Shown here: in pieces, positions 59,677 to 64,000 of the stretch
Numbering within the stretch: position 1 is the first letter of the stretch
How the letters are laid out: the number at the start of each line of letters is the position of its first letter
Made by a program: the position numbers and the translations under genes
The notes under the pieces: generated by a model
Database searches by the model: none
Told to the model about the DNA's origin: nothing
Seen by the model: only the letters and a program-made list of their open reading frames with translations
Assembly: GCA_965223905.1 (NCBI GenBank)
Contig: CBDCXV010000010.1
Location: forward strand, 448,001-512,000
Origin: Candidatus Latescibacterota bacterium
GTDB lineage: Bacteria; Latescibacterota; UBA2968; UBA8231
Length of the DNA: 64,000 nucleotides
Direction: 5' to 3'

Positions 59677-60705
59677 ATGAAAGCGCTCGTGAAAACCGCG
59701 GCAGGGGTCGGCCACATCGATCTGCTGGATGTCCCGGAGCCGGCGCCGGAGTCCGATCAGCTCAAAATCGAAGTGATGGCGGCAGCGATCTGCGGCACGG
59801 ATCTCCACATCCACGACGACGAATACCCGAACAACCCTCCCTTCATCCTGGGTCACGAGATGTCGGGCGTCGTCGTCGAGGCGGGCGACAGCGTGACCGC
59901 CTTCAAGGTCGGCGACCGGGTGAGCTCCGAGAGTTTCCGGCATACCTGCGGACAATGCCGGTTCTGCCGCAGCGGACTCATCGGACTCTGCATCGAGCGC
60001 CGCAGCATGGGCGTGCACGCCGACGGGGCCTTCGCCAGGTACGTGTGTCAGCGGGAGGAAAGCGTGCACAGGCTCCCGGCCAACGTCGACTTCGAAAGCG
60101 GCTCCCTGTGCGAGCCGACCGCAGTAGCCGTGCGTGCCGTGTACGAACGCGCCTCCGTATCCCCGGGCGATGTGGTCATGATCTCGGGACCAGGGCCCGT
60201 CGGCCTGCTCTGCCTGCAGGCGGCCAGGGCCCTCGGCGCCACGGTCGTTCTGGTCGGAGCTTCCGGAGATGAAGCCCGCCTGGAGCTCGGGAAAGCACTG
60301 GGCGCCGACGCCGTCCTTCAGGTGGGAACGGACTCTTTCGATCAGCTGCAGGACCGGACCGGCGGACTGGGAGCGGATATTGCGATCGAGTGCGGCGGGT
60401 CGCCGGCGTCGCTGCATCAGTGCATCGCCCAGGCCCGCAAGGGGGCGCAGCTGGTGCTGGTCGGCCTGTACAGCGGCGATGTCGCGGTCGATCTCAACGC
60501 CGCGATCATCAAGGAGCAGACCCTGCTCCCGAGCTTCACCTACGGGCACGAGACCTGGGAGCGGGCACTGCAGTTGCTCGGTGAGGGGAAGATCGCGACT
60601 GCCCCGCTGATAAGCGGCCGTTTCCCGCTGGCCGAGTGGGAACAGGCATTCGCGACCGTGCGTTCCCGGCGCGGGCACAAATACCTGCTCCTGCCGGAGG
60701 CGTGA
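59677..60705 (+). CDS. Zn-dependent alcohol/polyol dehydrogenase (MDR)
   Basis: ICGTDLH, GHEMSG, CGQCRFC...C, GPGPVGL. Confidence 0.92.
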   Translation: MKALVKTAAGVGHIDLLDVPEPAPESDQLKIEVMAAAICGTDLHIHDDEYPNNPPFILGHEMSGVVVEAGDSVTAFKVGDRVSSESFRHTCGQCRFCRSGLIGLCIERRSMGVHADGAFARYVCQREESVHRLPANVDFESGSLCEPTAVAVRAVYERASVSPGDVVMISGPGPVGLLCLQAARALGATVVLVGASGDEARLELGKALGADAVLQVGTDSFDQLQDRTGGLGADIAIECGGSPASLHQCIAQARKGAQLVLVGLYSGDVAVDLNAAIIKEQTLLPSFTYGHETWERALQLLGEGKIATAPLISGRFPLAEWEQAFATVRSRRGHKYLLLPEA

Positions 60706-60856
60706 ATTTCCGGCGCAAGTTATCCGTGGGACGCGGCTCTATGAGGCAGTTCGACAGGGTCGGTTCGCTGCTTTCCGCCCCCGGTCACCGACCGCCAACC
60801 CGCCAAACCAGGCGCCGGCCTGTAGAAGGCCTTTGTCAATCAATGCGAGGCGGCGG

Positions 60857-61528
60857 TCAGCGCTCGCGCACCAGCACCGCCCGCCCTCCGGTGATCGCGC
60901 GCAGCGAGCGCACGGCACCCGACTTCATCAGGGCGACGTCTTCCTCGACCAGCACCGCCTGCGTGCCGTCGACGCCCAGCTCGATCTCGCCTCCCGACAC
61001 CAGCCAGTGTTCGTTCGACGGCAGGGCTTCCTCGGCAGCCAGGGTCTCGCCGGCGTCGAAATGGATCTCGCGGAACTCGCTCAACGGACAGCGTTCCCCC
61101 GGGTCTGCAAGCGGCCCGCGGTTCTCGGCCCCCGGGACCACGAAACCCTCCCCGGCCGGCATCGGCTCCCCCTCCTCCACCAGTATGTGGGCGGCCCGCT
61201 TCCTGCCTTCCATCGGCGTTACGATCGCGGTGTTCTCGTAGGGCTCGAACATCTGGAAACGATGCACCACCCCCATCGGGGTGTAGACCATCGTGTTCGG
61301 GGTCACCTCCCGTTTCCGGTCTCCGACCCAGACCTCGCCGCGGCCGGAGCGGAACAGCCAGATCTCGTCGTTGTCGTGGTAGTGCGGCTCGACGCCGTGT
61401 CCCGGAGGGGCGGTCGTGAACAGGCGCAGGCAGTTGAGCGCCGTCCAGGACGGAAACTCGTCCTGCTCCCAGTACACGAGGTTGGAGTTTTGCGAACGGA
61501 TCTCGAAGCGATCCCCGCGCAGAATCAT
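60857..61528 (-). CDS. Cupin-domain protein
   Basis: PHYHDNDEIW...G...YTPMGVVH. Confidence 0.8.
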   Translation of the reverse strand: MILRGDRFEIRSQNSNLVYWEQDEFPSWTALNCLRLFTTAPPGHGVEPHYHDNDEIWLFRSGRGEVWVGDRKREVTPNTMVYTPMGVVHRFQMFEPYENTAIVTPMEGRKRAAHILVEEGEPMPAGEGFVVPGAENRGPLADPGERCPLSEFREIHFDAGETLAAEEALPSNEHWLVSGGEIELGVDGTQAVLVEEDVALMKSGAVRSLRAITGGRAVLVRER

Positions 61529-61643
61529 CGGCGGCCTGACTCTGTCAGGGGACTACACTGAACTTGGGAAAATCCACAATCAACGGAAGGACCGCGGGGA
61601 TATCGTCCTGCTCTTCTTCGCCCAGGCACGAAGCCCTTTTCAG

Positions 61644-61868
61644 TCAAGGGGGGGAGACAAGGACTGCATCGACGGGTTGAGGGATAGGGATCCCTTCGTT
61701 TGCGAGCATGTCCAGATGTTCGGAGACGGCTTCCGCTATCAGTCGTTCGGTCTCTTCCTTGGTATCGCCGGCGGCTACGCAACCGGGTAAATCGGGCAAG
61801 TAGGCGGAATAGCCGTTGCCGGTCCGTTCGAAAACTACGGTGTAGACTTTCAAGGTTGTTGGGGTCAT
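61644..61868 (-). CDS. hicB: HicB antitoxin
   Basis: YTVVFE...YSAYLPDLPGCVAAGDTKEE...IPIPQP. Confidence 0.88.
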   Translation of the reverse strand: MTPTTLKVYTVVFERTGNGYSAYLPDLPGCVAAGDTKEETERLIAEAVSEHLDMLANEGIPIPQPVDAVLVSPP

Positions 61869-61878
61869 TAATGCACCT

Positions 61879-62069
61879 CTATGGCAATAGGCCGGCTTGC
61901 CTTAGGATGCTGCGAAATGTTTTTGGGGACAAGTCTTTGCTGGCTTCCCGGCTATAGTTACAAGGCCTGGCTTGAAAGGATGTTTGTAATGGCGATGGCT
62001 GCCTTTGTGGCGCACCTGTCGCCAACCATCATCTTCGATTCTTCGAATCGCATCCGATACTTTTGGCAC
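61879..62069 (-). pseudogene. hicA: HicA toxin with a 1-bp frameshift
   Basis: IEDDGWRQVRHKGSHRHYKHPFKPGLVTIAGKP then frame shift to SKDLSPKTFRSILRQAGL. Confidence 0.82.
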
Positions 62070-62243
62070 GGTGTCAACGACTCCAAGTAACCCGCATTCA
62101 GGAGTCTAAGTATTGCAGGCGCAAGACGGGAAGCGGTGCTTCCCTTGTGCTGATTGTCGTCGCGCAGACTGCAGGTATGGCATAGGCCGGCGATGCGGCG
62201 GGCGATCTGCTGGACATCGTCCCTTCGGATTACAGGGGAACCC

Positions 62244-63200
62244 CTACACGCAGGCAAGGGCGGCGAGCAGCGCCTTGATGTAGCCGACCGAGTAGGCGAA
62301 CGAGTGGGTGTTGCCGTCGACCCGGGTAACGTCCCCTTCGAGGCGGGGGTAGTGATCGGGATTGAGGCAGCCGTCGAAACCGACGCGCCTGAGCTCGAGC
62401 AGGATCTTGAACATGTTCATGTCGCCGTCGTCGAGCAGCACCTCCTCGAAGGCGCCGGCGGTGGCGAAGCTGGCGCGCACGTTGCGGAGGTGGATCTCGA
62501 ACAGCTTCCCCTTGCGGCCGTAGTTGTGCAGCTCGTCGAGCACCAGGGGCAGGCCGCCGGCCTGGGCGCGGGTGCCGCAGCAGTACAGGTACCCGACGCT
62601 CGGGCTGGGAAAGGCGTCGATCAGCCGGTGCAGTCCCAGGCTGCCGAAGAGCGCGTCGGCGTTGGGCGGGTCCGAGGGGTGCATCATCAGCTTCACCCCG
62701 TTCTCCTCGGCGATCGGGACGAAGCGCTCGTACGCGGCGCAGACCCTCGACCAGCGCTGTTCCTGGACCTCGGCGGGCGGCGGCGGGGACTTGTCCTCCG
62801 CCCGCGCCAGGCTCCCGCCGCGGGCGAGGTAGCCGCCCCTGTGAGGGGCCTCGTACCCCCCGACCATCCAGTCGTAGGTCGTGTAATGGAAATGGACCCG
62901 GCCCAGGGGATACCCCGCCTCGCCGAGCACCCGCAGCGAGTCGCAGGCCACGTCGAGCTCCTCTTCTGCCCCCTCCTTCTCGTCCATGAAGGCTTCGCCG
63001 AGGTTCGGCATGCTGACCCGGTTCACCTGCATCCCCCAGGAGTGGATCTTCCTGCGGATCTTCAGCGCCTCGTCGAGATCGAAGACCCCCCGGTCGTCGG
63101 TCGGAAGCGGCATGCCGTCGCAGCAGTCGACGCCGAGCTGGCACAGCCGCTTGAGGTTGGAATCGGAAAGGTCGTGGCACCATCCGGCTACTTTGATCAT
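62244..63200 (-). CDS. Mannonate dehydratase (UxuA)-like protein
   Basis: PIAEENGVKLMMHPSDPP, YCCGT, IHLRNV, FEEVLLDDGDMNM, PDHYP, AYSVGYIKAL. Confidence 0.8.
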   Translation of the reverse strand: MIKVAGWCHDLSDSNLKRLCQLGVDCCDGMPLPTDDRGVFDLDEALKIRRKIHSWGMQVNRVSMPNLGEAFMDEKEGAEEELDVACDSLRVLGEAGYPLGRVHFHYTTYDWMVGGYEAPHRGGYLARGGSLARAEDKSPPPPAEVQEQRWSRVCAAYERFVPIAEENGVKLMMHPSDPPNADALFGSLGLHRLIDAFPSPSVGYLYCCGTRAQAGGLPLVLDELHNYGRKGKLFEIHLRNVRASFATAGAFEEVLLDDGDMNMFKILLELRRVGFDGCLNPDHYPRLEGDVTRVDGNTHSFAYSVGYIKALLAALACV

Positions 63201-63234
63201 CCTGCTTCTCCCGTTGTGTCGGCGCGCTCGCGCG

Positions 63235-64000
63235 CTACCAGGTTACTTTGCGGGCCCCGCCCCTGGGCCCGGCCTTCAACACCGCTTCGGCGACGGCCAC
63301 TGCCTTGATCGCCTCGGTACCGGGAGAGATGCACTCCTCCTTCCCGGCGACGCAGGCGAGGAAATGGCGCGCCTGCTTCCGGTACATGTCTCCCGATCGG
63401 CCCCGCGTCCGGATCAGCTTCTCCCTGCCGCCGCCATCCGTAAGGCAGTAGAAGGTCTGGCCAGGCCTGGCGTTTGCCGGGGGTTTCAGCGAACCGGTGC
63501 CGGTGGCAATCGATCCCCTGCTTCCGAGGACGTCGAACAACCGGGTGCCGCGCACCGCCCACGACCAGCTCATCATCAGCTTGTTGCCGCGCCCGTACTC
63601 GACGACCGCGGTGCCGGTGTCGACCGCGGTGACCTCCTCGTTCAGCTTGATCGAGCTCGCCACCACGCTCAACGGATCTCCCCACATCCTGTTGGCGAAG
63701 TCGTAGTTGTGCACGGCGCCGTCGAGGAGCGGGCCGCCGCCGATCCGGTCGTCCATGAACCACCGGTCGTTGAGGAAGGCCGAGACGTCGCGCCAAAGCA
63801 CCGGGGCGCCGATTCGCCCCTCGACGACCGCCTTGCCCCAGGCCCCCCAGATCGAATCGAAGCGCCGGCAGTGGGCGACCATCAGCAGCTGCCCGGTCTG
63901 CTTCGAGACCTCGATCATCCTGCGGCAGTCGGCGACGGTGCGCGCCATCGGCTTCTCCGTCATCACCGGCTTGCCCGCGCGCATGGCGTCGATGGCTGTC
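63235..64000 (-). CDS. Gfo/Idh/MocA oxidoreductase; 5' end beyond the window
   Basis: AGKPVMTEKPMA, VAHCRRF, GGGPLLDGAVHNYD. Confidence 0.88.
   Translation of the reverse strand, partial: TAIDAMRAGKPVMTEKPMARTVADCRRMIEVSKQTGQLLMVAHCRRFDSIWGAWGKAVVEGRIGAPVLWRDVSAFLNDRWFMDDRIGGGPLLDGAVHNYDFANRMWGDPLSVVASSIKLNEEVTAVDTGTAVVEYGRGNKLMMSWSWAVRGTRLFDVLGSRGSIATGTGSLKPPANARPGQTFYCLTDGGGREKLIRTRGRSGDMYRKQARHFLACVAGKEECISPGTEAIKAVAVAEAVLKAGPRGGARKVTW

Noticed and set aside
8121-63796. Many long overlapping or antisense ORFs (for example 13216-15219, 28971-31352, 31930-33936, 43575-45695, 45657-47744)
   Set aside because: Shadow frames of GC-rich genes; Arg/Pro/Gly-rich, without motifs, and overlapping well-supported CDSs
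1-64000. CRISPR arrays, tRNA, rRNA
   Set aside because: No regularly spaced repeats or recognisable RNA-gene motifs found by eye; a covariance search was not possible

Overview
A GC-rich bacterial chromosomal window. Seven PhyH-family dioxygenases, three BNR/sialidase-type propellers, enolase-superfamily enzymes, an FN3 protein with an FlgD-like C-terminus and '...WGRIK'-ending secreted proteins suggest a Latescibacterota-like, possibly sponge-associated organism; this taxonomy is inference only. The catabolic backbone is interrupted by four accessory blocks. (1) A type I R-M locus (hsdR 3' part, hsdS, a broken Schlafen/AlbA_2 gene, hsdM), followed by an IS701-like element and a gene that appears split by a local inversion. 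(2) A three-gene module at about 25.6-31.4 kb: an FN3 surface protein, a Cre-like tyrosine recombinase and a one-polypeptide GAF-PAS-HK-REC-wHTH regulator. The recombinase gene is bracketed by two 32-bp loxP-like palindromic sites in inverted orientation, which suggests a self-inverting switch between a surface protein and a signalling gene. This is the best candidate for an undescribed system. (3) A low-GC Mokosh type I-like defence pair (kinase-helicase plus double PLD) with an in-frame Ser/Thr hexamer repeat. (4) A roughly 4.1-kb island bounded by a duplicated 3' end of a phyH gene. Four toxin-antitoxin loci are present, and three have damaged toxin-side genes. I recognised no rRNA, tRNA or CRISPR array. 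All family calls come from motif recognition, not database searches.
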